Below are positions 48,932 through 58,221 of a DNA stretch of 64,000 bases, piece by piece. The stretch is from NCBI GenBank assembly GCA_044222185.1, contig JBGANV010000001.1:1344001-1408000 (forward strand), given 5' to 3'. This stretch comes from Planctomycetota bacterium. GTDB lineage: Bacteria; Planctomycetota; GCA-002687715; CAIWVZ01. The notes beneath the pieces are model-generated. The model was not told the origin of the DNA. It ran no database searches and saw nothing but the letters and a program-made list of their open reading frames with translations. The position numbers and the translations under genes are program-made. Position 1 is the first letter of the stretch. Each line of letters begins with the position of its first letter.

Positions 48932-49861
48932 GTGCAGCGGAGCCAAACCGACGGCAGGATCTCTCGATGGCGCGTTGCGCACCTGCGCACTCCGCATGTG
49001 GCGTTCGGGGTCTTCCTCCTGGGCGCCCTGTCGATGGCGTCCCTGGCTCAGACCGCAGCTGAATCGAAGCCCACATCCCGACCCGCCGAGCCGACGGTCG
49101 TGTTGCCGGTGTCGACGACGGTGAAGGCGACCGCTTCGCCAACACTCCCTGGCCCGATCGAGCTCACCGTGTTCCACGTGGACCCGCCGGACGAGCCATG
49201 CGAGGCGCGAGCCGAGAAGACCCACTGCCCGGAACTGGATCATTGGCGCGTCCGGCTCGGGCGAGGCGATTTCCGGATCACCTACGCCGCGATGCGGATC
49301 CTTCAGAGCGTGCTCAACGCGCAGGCCCAGCCCGAAGGACCGAGGGGCATCTCCGAACGCGTGATCGCGATGCGCGTCGACGCCGACGCGGGCTGCCTCA
49401 TCGTGCAGCGGACACGCAGGTTCTGCGCCGAAGTCGGCTTCTACAAGATCGAGTACGAGGTCGCTCAACCAGGCAGCGGCGCGATCAGTCGCGTGCAAGA
49501 CTGGTGCGAGACGAGACCCAGCCCACCAGGGGTGGCCGCGTCCGACGAGATCGGCGTCGCACTCAAGTGGAATTTCGCGCGTGAGACCCTCTCGATGAAG
49601 GTCGCTGCCGGGACCTCGGTGAGGACCCTCCTCGACACGCCCGCCGAGTGGGAGGTGCTGAAGAAACTCGTGTCGGAGAAGCACGCACTGAACCAACAGG
49701 CAAGGAAGGATGTCCCAGTCCTGATCGACGCCGACCCGAAGGTGCCGTGGGCCCAAGTCGTCCGCACCATCGACGCGATCCGATCGGTCTGCAACGCCAA
49801 GGCGACCGTGATCGGATGGGACCTCCTTCCTGGTGAGGATCTCACGAAGGAGGCGCGCTGA
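48932..49861 (+). CDS. Exported protein with two ExbD/TolR-like domains (paralogue 3)
   Basis: AGGAGG RBS and GTG; hydrophobic signal; IAMRVDADAG...GFYKIEY and VLIDADPKVPWAQVVRTID. Confidence 0.75.
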   Translation: MQRSQTDGRISRWRVAHLRTPHVAFGVFLLGALSMASLAQTAAESKPTSRPAEPTVVLPVSTTVKATASPTLPGPIELTVFHVDPPDEPCEARAEKTHCPELDHWRVRLGRGDFRITYAAMRILQSVLNAQAQPEGPRGISERVIAMRVDADAGCLIVQRTRRFCAEVGFYKIEYEVAQPGSGAISRVQDWCETRPSPPGVAASDEIGVALKWNFARETLSMKVAAGTSVRTLLDTPAEWEVLKKLVSEKHALNQQARKDVPVLIDADPKVPWAQVVRTIDAIRSVCNAKATVIGWDLLPGEDLTKEAR

Positions 49862-49874
49862 GCTCGGTGCCGCG

Positions 49875-50339
49875 TCACCCCATCGCAGCCTTCGCCCGAC
49901 GCTCCAACTCGTCCGGCGCGACGTCTTCGACGTGGGTCGCGAACCCCCACGCGTGCCCGAACGGGTCCAAGAGCTGCGCACTGCGATCACCGTAGAACTG
50001 GTTCTGCAACGGGCGGACGACCTTCGCGCCGGCGGCGACCGCTCGCGCGTGCACGGCGTCGACGTCCTTGACGTACATGTAGAGCGAGACCGGTGTCCCC
50101 CCATACGCGCTGGGGCTCTTGAAGCCGCGCTCAGGGCACTCGTCGGCGAGCATGATCATGGCGCCGAACACTCGGATCTCGGCGTGTCCGATCTTTCCGT
50201 CAGGTCCGCCCATGCGGAGGACTTCCTCCGCGCCGAACGCCTTCGCGTAGAAGTCGAGCGCCTTCGCGGCGCCGTCGATGATCAGATACGGAATCACCCC
50301 GGCGTAGCCGTCGGGGATCGGTTTCACGGGTGTCGACAT
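49875..50339 (-). CDS. VOC family protein (PhnB/glyoxalase-like)
   Basis: VKPIPDGY; ALDFY.KAFGA; HAEI; QFYGDR...DPFGH.W; GGAGG RBS. Confidence 0.92.
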   Translation of the reverse strand: MSTPVKPIPDGYAGVIPYLIIDGAAKALDFYAKAFGAEEVLRMGGPDGKIGHAEIRVFGAMIMLADECPERGFKSPSAYGGTPVSLYMYVKDVDAVHARAVAAGAKVVRPLQNQFYGDRSAQLLDPFGHAWGFATHVEDVAPDELERRAKAAMG

Positions 50340-50409
50340 GGATGCCTCCGTCGGATGACTTCGCGTCATCCTATGGACGGGGGCGACATCTCGACGTTTC
50401 CGAGCCCGG

Positions 50410-51318
50410 TCACTTGCCGCGACGGCCCGGGAGCATCCCCAGCGCGACGTAGCGCGCGATCCGCGGATTCTCCTTCAGGCGCCGCGTGCAGTAGCCGTAC
50501 CAGTCCTTGCCGAACGGCACGTAGACGCGGACCGGATGCCCGAGCCCGAGGATGATCCGCCGCAGCTCTTCATCCACGCCGAGGAGCATCTGGAACTCGA
50601 AACGTCCCGCGGGAATCTTCAGCTCGTCGAGCAGCTGGAGAGCCTCGAACACGAGCCGTTCGTCGTGAGTCGCGATGCCGACGAACGCGCCGCCCGAGAG
50701 CATCTTGCGCAGACATCGGACGTAGTTGCGGTTGATGACGTCCGGCTGTTTCCACGCGATCGCACGCGGCTCCACGTAGATGCCCTTGCACAGGCGAAAG
50801 TGCGGCCCGACGGGAAGGAGCGCATCGATGTCCGCGGGCGTGCGGCGCAAGTAGGCCTGAAGGACGAGGCCCACGTTCTGGTAGTCCTGACGCAGACGCT
50901 TGTACACGGCGATGGTGCTGTCCGTGTACGGCGAGTTCTCCATGTCGATGCGGACGAAGTTGCCCTGATCCTTCGCGCGCTGCACGACCGTGCGGGCGTT
51001 CTGGTACCCCTGCTCGACCGACAACCCGAGGCCAAACGCCGTCAGCTTGATGGAGACGTTGGCGTCGAGCTTCTCCGATTGGATCGCATCGAGGATCCCC
51101 GAGTAGTCGACGGCGTTCTTCTTCGCCTCGGCCTCGTTGTTGACGAACTCGCCGAGAAGGTCGACCGTCGCGCGGCAGCCTTCGGAGTTCAGCCTCCGGA
51201 TCGTCGTGACGGCGTCCGCGAGCGTCTCGCCGGCGATGTAGCGATCGGCGACCTTCCGGACGAGCCCCTTGGGCAGATAGCGGACCGAGCCCGCGATCAT
51301 GCGGTCGATGGCACTCAT
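50410..51318 (-). CDS. Monofunctional proline dehydrogenase
   Basis: RYIAGE; DLLGE; SIKLT..GL; RIDME; QAYL.RT; RLCKGIY.E; ATHD; EFQML.G; YVPFG..W..Y..RRL.ENP. Confidence 0.93.
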   Translation of the reverse strand: MSAIDRMIAGSVRYLPKGLVRKVADRYIAGETLADAVTTIRRLNSEGCRATVDLLGEFVNNEAEAKKNAVDYSGILDAIQSEKLDANVSIKLTAFGLGLSVEQGYQNARTVVQRAKDQGNFVRIDMENSPYTDSTIAVYKRLRQDYQNVGLVLQAYLRRTPADIDALLPVGPHFRLCKGIYVEPRAIAWKQPDVINRNYVRCLRKMLSGGAFVGIATHDERLVFEALQLLDELKIPAGRFEFQMLLGVDEELRRIILGLGHPVRVYVPFGKDWYGYCTRRLKENPRIARYVALGMLPGRRGK

Positions 51319-51331
51319 GAATCGCGAGTCC

Positions 51332-52279
51332 TCAGTGGCCTTCCGCTTCCAGGAACCGTTCGGCGTCGATGGCGGCCATGCATCCCGAACCCGCGGCCGT
51401 GATCGCCTGCCGATAGTAGGAGTCCTGCACGTCGCCGCAGGCGAACACGCCTTTCAGATTCGTCTTGCTCGATCCCTTCTCGGTCGTGATGTAGCCCTTG
51501 GGGTCGAGCGTGATCTGTCCCTCGAAGATCTTGGTGTTCGGCACGTGGCCGACGGCGAGGAAGACGCCGCCGCTAAGGATGTCGGTCTCCTTGCCGGTCA
51601 CGGCGTCCTTCACGTGGAGGCCCTTCAACCCGCCTTCGTGTGGATCTCCGACGTAGGCCAGTGGGATCTTGTTCGTCATGAAGGCGATCTTCGGATTCGC
51701 CCGCGCGCGGTCGAGCATGATCTTCGAGGCGCGGAACTCGTCGCGTCGGTGCACCAGCGTGACCTTCGTGCAGAACCGCGTGAGGAAGTTGGCCTCCTCC
51801 ATCGCCGAGTCACCACCGCCGACCACGAGCACTTCCTTGTTGCGGAAGAAGAAGCCGTCGCAGGTCGCGCATGCGGAGAGGCCGTGCCCCATGAACTCGC
51901 CCTCCTTCGGAAGGTCGAGGAGCCGAGCCGTCGCGCCCGTCGCCACGATGACCGTCGACGCCACCAGCTCACGCTCCGGGGACGTCACCTTGAACGGTCG
52001 ACCGTGAGTCAGGTCGACCTTGGTCACCGTCTCCGAGAAGATCTCGGTCCCGAACCGCTTGGCCTGCTCCCGGAACTTGTTCATGAGCTCGGGGCCGATG
52101 ATCCCCTCGGGGAACCCCGGGAAGTTCTCGACCTCGGTCGTGATCGTCAGTTGGCCGCCAGGCTGATTGCCTTCGAACATCACCGGCTTCAGGTTCGCGC
52201 GGGAGGCGTAGAGGGCCGCCGTGTAGCCGGCCGGACCAGAACCAATGATGACCACGTTGTGGACGGCCTGCTGCGACAT
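51332..52279 (-). CDS. trxB: Thioredoxin-disulfide reductase
   Basis: IIGSGPAGYTAALY; GGQLTITTEVENFPG; CATCD; GGGDSAMEEA; YRQAITAAGSGC. Confidence 0.97.
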   Translation of the reverse strand: MSQQAVHNVVIIGSGPAGYTAALYASRANLKPVMFEGNQPGGQLTITTEVENFPGFPEGIIGPELMNKFREQAKRFGTEIFSETVTKVDLTHGRPFKVTSPERELVASTVIVATGATARLLDLPKEGEFMGHGLSACATCDGFFFRNKEVLVVGGGDSAMEEANFLTRFCTKVTLVHRRDEFRASKIMLDRARANPKIAFMTNKIPLAYVGDPHEGGLKGLHVKDAVTGKETDILSGGVFLAVGHVPNTKIFEGQITLDPKGYITTEKGSSKTNLKGVFACGDVQDSYYRQAITAAGSGCMAAIDAERFLEAEGH

Positions 52280-52332
52280 GAATCCCCCATTTGCATCGGG
52301 GCGAAACGGGGCCCGCCCCGCGAGTGCCGGCG

Positions 52333-52361
52333 ATGTTAGCCCCCGCGAAAAACCCGATCAA
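52333..52361 (-). promoter_or_regulatory. Sigma70-type promoter of trxB (TTGATC-17-TAACAT)
   Basis: Correctly spaced boxes about 55 bp upstream of the ATG. Confidence 0.55.
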
Positions 52362-52389
52362 CGCGCGACGGCGTCACGCTTTCCGGCCG

Positions 52390-52417
52390 TTGACTCCCAG
52401 GGTGTGCGACGTATCTT
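52390..52417 (+). promoter_or_regulatory. Sigma70-type promoter of the EIIA operon (TTGACT-16-TATCTT)
   Basis: Divergent from the trxB promoter, about 40 bp upstream of the ATG with GGAGG RBS. Confidence 0.5.
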
Positions 52418-52459
52418 CGCCGGACCGACGCAGCCCGGACCGCTGCTCGCGGAGGACGC

Positions 52460-52909
52460 ATGGACATCACGACGCTCTTGAGTGCGGATCGCATCGTCAC
52501 GCTCAAAGACAACACCAAGGACGGCGCAATCAAGACGTTGGTGCGGACCCTCGCCAAATGCCCCGAGGTGACCAAGGAGAAGGAACTCGCCAAGGCGATC
52601 CACGACCGCGAGCGCATCCTCTCCACGGGCATCGGCCAGGGGATCGCGATCCCCCACGCCAAGATCGCGTCGGTCACGAAATTCGTGGCTGCGATCGGCA
52701 TCAGCAAGGTCGGGATTCCGTTCGACAGCCTGGATGACAAGCCAGCCCACCTGATCGTCATGATCGCGGGCCCTGAAGGGCAAAGCGAGGAGTACCTGCG
52801 GATCCTCTCCCGCTTCACGGCCGTCCTGAAGAACGAGCAGACCCGGTCACGCGTGATCGAGGCGAAGAAGTCCGAGCAGGTGATGGCGATCCTCCAGGAA
52901 TCGCGGTGA
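52460..52909 (+). CDS. PTS EIIA (PtsN / fructose-type) protein
   Basis: RE...STGIG.GIAIPHA phospho-His motif; GIPFDSLD.KP. Confidence 0.92.
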   Translation: MDITTLLSADRIVTLKDNTKDGAIKTLVRTLAKCPEVTKEKELAKAIHDRERILSTGIGQGIAIPHAKIASVTKFVAAIGISKVGIPFDSLDDKPAHLIVMIAGPEGQSEEYLRILSRFTAVLKNEQTRSRVIEAKKSEQVMAILQESR

Positions 52910-54585
52910 ACAAGGTCTTCGTTCTCGGTCTCGACGGGGCGACATTCGACCTCCTCGGACCGTGGATCGACTCCGGCGACCTGCCCAACCTGAAGAAACT
53001 CCAGGACGAAGGCGTTCGCGGACCGCTCGAGAGCGTCTATCCCCCGCTGACACCCTGCGCCTGGCCGTCCTTCTACATGGGCAAGAACCCGGGGAAGCAC
53101 GGCCTCTACGGCTACAAGGTGCGCCAGAAGGGCTCCTACGAGGAGATCCCCCTCAGCGCGTCGAGTCGACGCGGGCGATCGGTGTTCGAGCTCATCGGTG
53201 ACCAGGGCGGGAAGGTGGCGGTGCTTTCCGTCCCAATGACTTATCCGGCGACACCCGTCAACGGCGTGCTCTGCACCTGCATCTTCACGCCCAAGCTCGA
53301 CGACATCTATTCGACGGACTGCGCGTGGCCGCCCGAGTTCAAGGAGGACATGAAGAAGGTCATCGGCACCTTCCGCATCCACCCGGAGCGAGTCTACGCC
53401 AAGGGCACCATTCCCGAGCTCATCCAGGACTACAAGGAGACGCTCGAGCAGCGCATCCGGCTGTGCGAGTGGGTCCTCGAGCACAAACCGTGGGACTTCG
53501 CCATCACCGTGCTGAACGAGACCGATCACATCCAACATCAGGTCTGGCACGTGATCGACCCCAAGCATCACGACCACGACCCTGCCGAATTCGCGAAGTA
53601 CGGCAACGTGATCAAGGACTTCTACGTCCACGTGGATCAGCAGATCGGCCGCCTGATGGCGAAGCTGCCGGCGGGTGCCACGTTCGTCGTGATGTCCGAT
53701 CACGGACACGGACCGATCTACCGCTGGATCAACCTCAACAACCTCCTTGCGAAGCACGGGTTCATCCGGTTCAAGCGTGGCCCGGTCACCTGGCTGAAGC
53801 GCGCCATGTTCGCCATGGGCTTCACCCCGGGGAACATCTACCGCCTCAAGCTGAAACTCGATCGCCGAGGCGTGAAGAAGGGCGGCGCAGCCGAGGGCGG
53901 CGGTGGTGCGAGCCCACTCTTCCGCAAGGTGTTCCTCTCCGAGAATGACATCGACTGGCCCCGCACCCGCGCCTACGCGACGGGGCACATGGGTCAGATC
54001 AACGTGAACCTGAAGGGTCGCGAGCCATCAGGCGCGGTTTCCAAGTCGGAGATCCCACAGCTCCGGCGCGAGCTCGAGCAGCTCCTCGACGGGCTCCTCG
54101 ATCCACAGACCGGCGCGAAGATCATCGACCGCATGGTTCCGCGCGAGGAGCTGTTCTTCGGGGAGACCGTATCGCTCGCCTCCGATTTCTTCGTGAAGAC
54201 CATCGACCCGGGATACCAGGCTCTCGGCGGCGCATCGTTCATCTCGAATCGCGTGGTCGAGCGCTCCTACGGCAACACGGCGACTCACCGGATGAATGGG
54301 ATCCTGCTCATGAAGGGCCCCGGGATCCGCAAGGGCGCCCGCGTGGACGGCCTGAAGATCTACGAGCTTGCGGGCAACCTGCTCTATCGCATGGGCCTCC
54401 GCGTGCCCGACGATCTCGACTACCGCTTCGAGCCGGCCCTCTACGACGCCGGACTGCTCGAGTCCGAGCCCCCGCAACTCATGCCCGCGTCCGAGGTGGT
54501 GAAGGAAGATCGGCAGCACGAGCTCTCGCCGGAAGAGATCGCGCGGATGCGAGAGAACCTGAAGAAGCTCGGCTACGTGGATTGA
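52906..54585 (+). CDS. Alkaline-phosphatase-superfamily protein (type I phosphodiesterase / nucleotide pyrophosphatase-like)
   Basis: LGLDGAT; PPLTPCAW (Thr nucleophile); G.NPGKHG; TD..QH; MSDHG; NLKGREP.G; C-terminal L..LGY. Confidence 0.88.
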   Translation: MNKVFVLGLDGATFDLLGPWIDSGDLPNLKKLQDEGVRGPLESVYPPLTPCAWPSFYMGKNPGKHGLYGYKVRQKGSYEEIPLSASSRRGRSVFELIGDQGGKVAVLSVPMTYPATPVNGVLCTCIFTPKLDDIYSTDCAWPPEFKEDMKKVIGTFRIHPERVYAKGTIPELIQDYKETLEQRIRLCEWVLEHKPWDFAITVLNETDHIQHQVWHVIDPKHHDHDPAEFAKYGNVIKDFYVHVDQQIGRLMAKLPAGATFVVMSDHGHGPIYRWINLNNLLAKHGFIRFKRGPVTWLKRAMFAMGFTPGNIYRLKLKLDRRGVKKGGAAEGGGGASPLFRKVFLSENDIDWPRTRAYATGHMGQINVNLKGREPSGAVSKSEIPQLRRELEQLLDGLLDPQTGAKIIDRMVPREELFFGETVSLASDFFVKTIDPGYQALGGASFISNRVVERSYGNTATHRMNGILLMKGPGIRKGARVDGLKIYELAGNLLYRMGLRVPDDLDYRFEPALYDAGLLESEPPQLMPASEVVKEDRQHELSPEEIARMRENLKKLGYVD

Positions 54586-54607
54586 TCGACGGCGCGCGCG
54601 GCCCGAG

Positions 54608-55912
54608 TCAGGCCTGGGACGCTGCGCCCGCGGCGGCAGCATCCGTCGATCCCTCGGTTGCAGTCGTGACCGGCAGCCCGACCACCGTTCGCACGCATTG
54701 GATCAGCCGTCCGACGGCGAACGGCTTGTGAAGGAAGGCGGCGACCGGAAATCCGCGAAGGCGAGCCGTGGCCTCGTGCTCCGTGAAGCCGCTCATCACC
54801 ACGACCCGCAGATCGGGCTTGAGCTGCGTCATCGCTCGAAGCGCCGCCGAGCCGTCGATGGCCGGCATCGTGAGGTCGAGCACGACCGCGCCGATCGAAT
54901 CCCGCTTCTCGCGCACGATTTCGATGGCATGGCGGCCGTTCACTGCAACCAGCGTTTCGAACCCGAACCGCTGGAGTGACTCCGCCACGACTTCCCGCAC
55001 GCACTCGTCGTCGTCGACGACGAGGATGGACCTCCCCGCCGGCGGCGGCGCCAGCTCATCGAGGATGTGCAGGGGACCCGTGGGAGTCGGTTCCGTGCGT
55101 TTCGCCACGGGCAGCAGCACGGTGAAACGGCTGCCGAGACCGGGCTCGCTTGCGACCTTCAGCCCGCCGCGGTGCGCGCGCACGAAGCCGAGCACTTTCG
55201 CGAGGCCCATGCCGCGCGCCGCCGATTTCGAGCTGAAGAACGGTTCGAAGATCCGACGCGCGGTGGCCTCGTCCATCCCGCATCCGGTGTCCTCGCATTG
55301 AAGGTAGACGTAGGCACCCTCGGCCAGGTCTCCGATGAACCCGGTCTGCTCGAGGTAGCGGTGATCTGCCTGCACGACGCCCGTTCGAAGGCAGACTCGC
55401 CCGCTTCCCGCCGTGACGGCCTCGATCGCGTTGACGAGAAGGTTCGAAACGACCTGCTCCAACTGGACCGAGTCGCCCGAGATCAGCGGGAGGTCCGTCG
55501 CGAACTCGCGGTACACCTCGATCCCGGAGGGAATCGCGGGCTCGAGCGCGTCGACGACGGCGCCCGTCAGCTTGTTCATCGAGATGGGGTCGACGCTGCT
55601 GATGCCGCGGCCGCTGAGCACGAGCAGCCGCCCCGTGAGTTCGGCCGCCTGCCGTGCCGCCTGTTCGATGCGCTGGAGCGGGAGCAGGAGCCTGGTCGGG
55701 ATCCCATCGTCGATGGCGGAGAGATTCGAGTGTCCGAGGATCGTCGTGAGGAAGTTGTTCAGATCGTGGGCGATGTCGCCGACGTCCGCCATGGCTTCGA
55801 GGTCCAAGGCTCGATTTCGGGGCAAACTCTGCATCGAGGTTCCGCCGTCCTCCGCGCAACTCCGCCAAAGGGCGCTGGCCGTCGAACGGTCCCGGCCCGT
55901 CTCGCCGCTCAC
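54608..55912 (-). CDS. Hybrid histidine kinase-receiver (CckA-like) without a recognisable sensor domain
   Basis: IAHDLNN H-box; NL.VNA.EA; DTGCGM; FEPFFSSK; GMGL; receiver VVDDD, LDLTMP, KPF. Start uncertain (alternative 55834). Confidence 0.88.
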   Translation of the reverse strand: MSGETGRDRSTASALWRSCAEDGGTSMQSLPRNRALDLEAMADVGDIAHDLNNFLTTILGHSNLSAIDDGIPTRLLLPLQRIEQAARQAAELTGRLLVLSGRGISSVDPISMNKLTGAVVDALEPAIPSGIEVYREFATDLPLISGDSVQLEQVVSNLLVNAIEAVTAGSGRVCLRTGVVQADHRYLEQTGFIGDLAEGAYVYLQCEDTGCGMDEATARRIFEPFFSSKSAARGMGLAKVLGFVRAHRGGLKVASEPGLGSRFTVLLPVAKRTEPTPTGPLHILDELAPPPAGRSILVVDDDECVREVVAESLQRFGFETLVAVNGRHAIEIVREKRDSIGAVVLDLTMPAIDGSAALRAMTQLKPDLRVVVMSGFTEHEATARLRGFPVAAFLHKPFAVGRLIQCVRTVVGLPVTTATEGSTDAAAAGAASQA

Positions 55913-56004
55913 CTCCTGCGAGGTGGAAACTCCACAAATACCGCAACGCGCCGGGCACAGGATGAAGAACGCCCCCCACCTTCGTCAAGGGGGTGTCGCA
56001 GAAG

Positions 56005-57966
56005 TCAGTCCGCCCAACCCGCTGCGCCGCTGCGGCTTCGAGGGATCCTCACGCCAAAGATCCAAAGGATCGCGAGGCCACCCCCCAGGAACCATGACAG
56101 TCGCTGGGCAGCGCGAAGGGAGCAGAAATAACCCCAAATCGATCGGGGCGGGCGGAACCATCCCGGTGAGTCGGCACGACTTGGAGCCGGATCGAACAAG
56201 AGCGGGCGCAGTTCGATCCCCCCCGGGCGCGAGTCGGGCGTGCCGCCGGCCTTCTGGATCGACCCGATGACCCTGAGCCCCCCAGTCCGCCGAAGGTCGG
56301 CCTCGGTGATCCCCGCGAGAAAGGTGACGCAGGGGCTGCCGGCCGGGATGCCGTGGTCGTCGGAAAACGACACACGCCATACGCCGGCGGCGCGGCAGGC
56401 GCGATCGAGATCCACCAGGCGCCGGGCGTCGTCGCCGGACTGCGGTTGACGCTGGCGGTTGCCAACCTCGAACCCGTCGACGCCGGCAGCCAGGTAGGCC
56501 TCGACCGACGGGGTCGCGACCTGGCCGGCCGTGAGCCAGTGGTGCGCGACGATGACGAACGCGCCCATCCGCTTGGCGGCCCGCACAGCCGCCAGCGGCT
56601 CCGCTTCGAGGATGGTTGCGGCGACGGCGTCGCGCGTCCCGAGGACGAGGAGGTGAGGTGTGTCCCAGGTGCCCGCGTGGCGAGTGGTCATCGGGCCGCG
56701 GCCGCTCCACTCGCAGCCAGACACGCCAGCGGAAAGCCCGCCGTCGTCCGGCGCGAGGTGTGAGTGATGCGTCGTGACCGCCCAGGTCACCCCTCGCTGG
56801 AGTTGGCGGGATTCGAGTGCCGGTGCATCGATGTGCCCGTCGCTTGGATCGCCTCCATGCAGGTGCCAATCGACGAAGACACCCGTGAGGACTCTCGACG
56901 CGAACGCATCGGGAGGGGCGATCCCGCGCCAGAACGTGACCGCCCACAGGCTTCCCGCGACGACGATGGCGAGGGCCGCTCGGATGGCCGTTCCACGCTT
57001 GCTGCGGAACGCCGAAAGGACGAGCAGAAGGACGAGCCCGCATCCCCAACACAACGCCCAACGGAAGAAGCTTGCGAGGTCCGCCTCGGTGGCGCTCCAC
57101 AGCACCGGTCCCGAGATGGGCTCCGTGATGACGCGCAGGAGTTGGGGACGTGTGTCGAATCCCGGGACGATCTCGCCTGAAACCGGATCACGTCCCACCG
57201 GGAGCGCGATCCAAACCCGCGTGAGGATCAGCCACGCGCCGAGAAAGAACAGAGGGCGGCAGAATGGACGTCCCCTGTCGGGATCCAGTGCCCGGAGGAA
57301 TCCGGCCCACACGGGCCAGCGCGTGATCCAGGCGGTCAGCGTCGTTCCGAGGAGCCCCGTGGCCACGCCGGCGAGCACGTCCGACGGCCAGTGGGCTGCG
57401 AGGACGACTCGCTGAATGCACTGCAGCAGCGGGAACGCCCACAGGAGATTCCGCACTCGGCCGCGGCCGGCAGCCAACCAGAGTGCCGAGGCGATGGCGG
57501 TGGCGCTGCTCACGTGCCCTGAGGGAAACGACTCGAGGTCCGCGAGTCCGAGCGGCGACCAAAGGAACGATGCGTCGCCGACGTCGAGCATGGGTCGGGC
57601 ACGTCCGACGGTGGACTTCAATCCATGGGTGATCACGAGGACGACCCAGAACCCGATCACGATCACCAGCCCTGAGCGCTGCGCCGACGCCGCGCGCCGA
57701 CCCAACGCCATCAACATCACGCCGGCGAGAACGGCGACGGTCATGGACCAGCGCGGTGCAGGGTCGTCGAGCCACTCGAAGAACGGCCGCAGCGGCGACG
57801 CCTGCGGAAGGTTGAAACGTGTGACGACCCATCGGTCGGCGAACGACACCAGGGCGGCGAGGATCCCGAACAGGATCGTCCCGCCGATCAGGGTGCGGCG
57901 ATCCAGGGCGGCATCACGATCGTCGGCGACGCGCGAATCCGAGAATCCACCCCTCACGTTCCGCAC
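56005..57966 (-). CDS. PAP2 membrane phosphatase fused to a PHP-like metallophosphoesterase
   Basis: KSTVGRARP, SFPSGH, QRVVLAAHWPSDV (PAP2 C1-C3); DWHLH, THH, AHH, DGFEV.N, SDDH (PHP). Confidence 0.8.
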   Translation of the reverse strand: MRNVRGGFSDSRVADDRDAALDRRTLIGGTILFGILAALVSFADRWVVTRFNLPQASPLRPFFEWLDDPAPRWSMTVAVLAGVMLMALGRRAASAQRSGLVIVIGFWVVLVITHGLKSTVGRARPMLDVGDASFLWSPLGLADLESFPSGHVSSATAIASALWLAAGRGRVRNLLWAFPLLQCIQRVVLAAHWPSDVLAGVATGLLGTTLTAWITRWPVWAGFLRALDPDRGRPFCRPLFFLGAWLILTRVWIALPVGRDPVSGEIVPGFDTRPQLLRVITEPISGPVLWSATEADLASFFRWALCWGCGLVLLLVLSAFRSKRGTAIRAALAIVVAGSLWAVTFWRGIAPPDAFASRVLTGVFVDWHLHGGDPSDGHIDAPALESRQLQRGVTWAVTTHHSHLAPDDGGLSAGVSGCEWSGRGPMTTRHAGTWDTPHLLVLGTRDAVAATILEAEPLAAVRAAKRMGAFVIVAHHWLTAGQVATPSVEAYLAAGVDGFEVGNRQRQPQSGDDARRLVDLDRACRAAGVWRVSFSDDHGIPAGSPCVTFLAGITEADLRRTGGLRVIGSIQKAGGTPDSRPGGIELRPLLFDPAPSRADSPGWFRPPRSIWGYFCSLRAAQRLSWFLGGGLAILWIFGVRIPRSRSGAAGWAD

Positions 57967-58221
57967 TCCGCGGTGCTGAGGTCCGCAAGGCGAGCGGGGT
58001 TTCGGAGGTCCACCCCGCCGGGTCCGGGTCGCCGGCGATGTGTCGCTGTCGCACGCATGTTTGGCATCGGATCACGCGATCGGGACGGCCCGCCGCGCGA
58101 CGTGGGCACCGTGGTAACTTGGTATGTTGCGTTCAAAAGCCGAACGGAATCTTGACCTCGAGACTGGCACCCGTCTCCCGGCAACCGCACCCCGCGACCG
58201 CCGCGCCAAGGATTGAATCAC

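Noticed and set aside
58165-58180. TGGCAC as a sigma54 promoter for the PK fusion operon
   Set aside because: No GC at the -12 position (GG-N10 is followed by CC).
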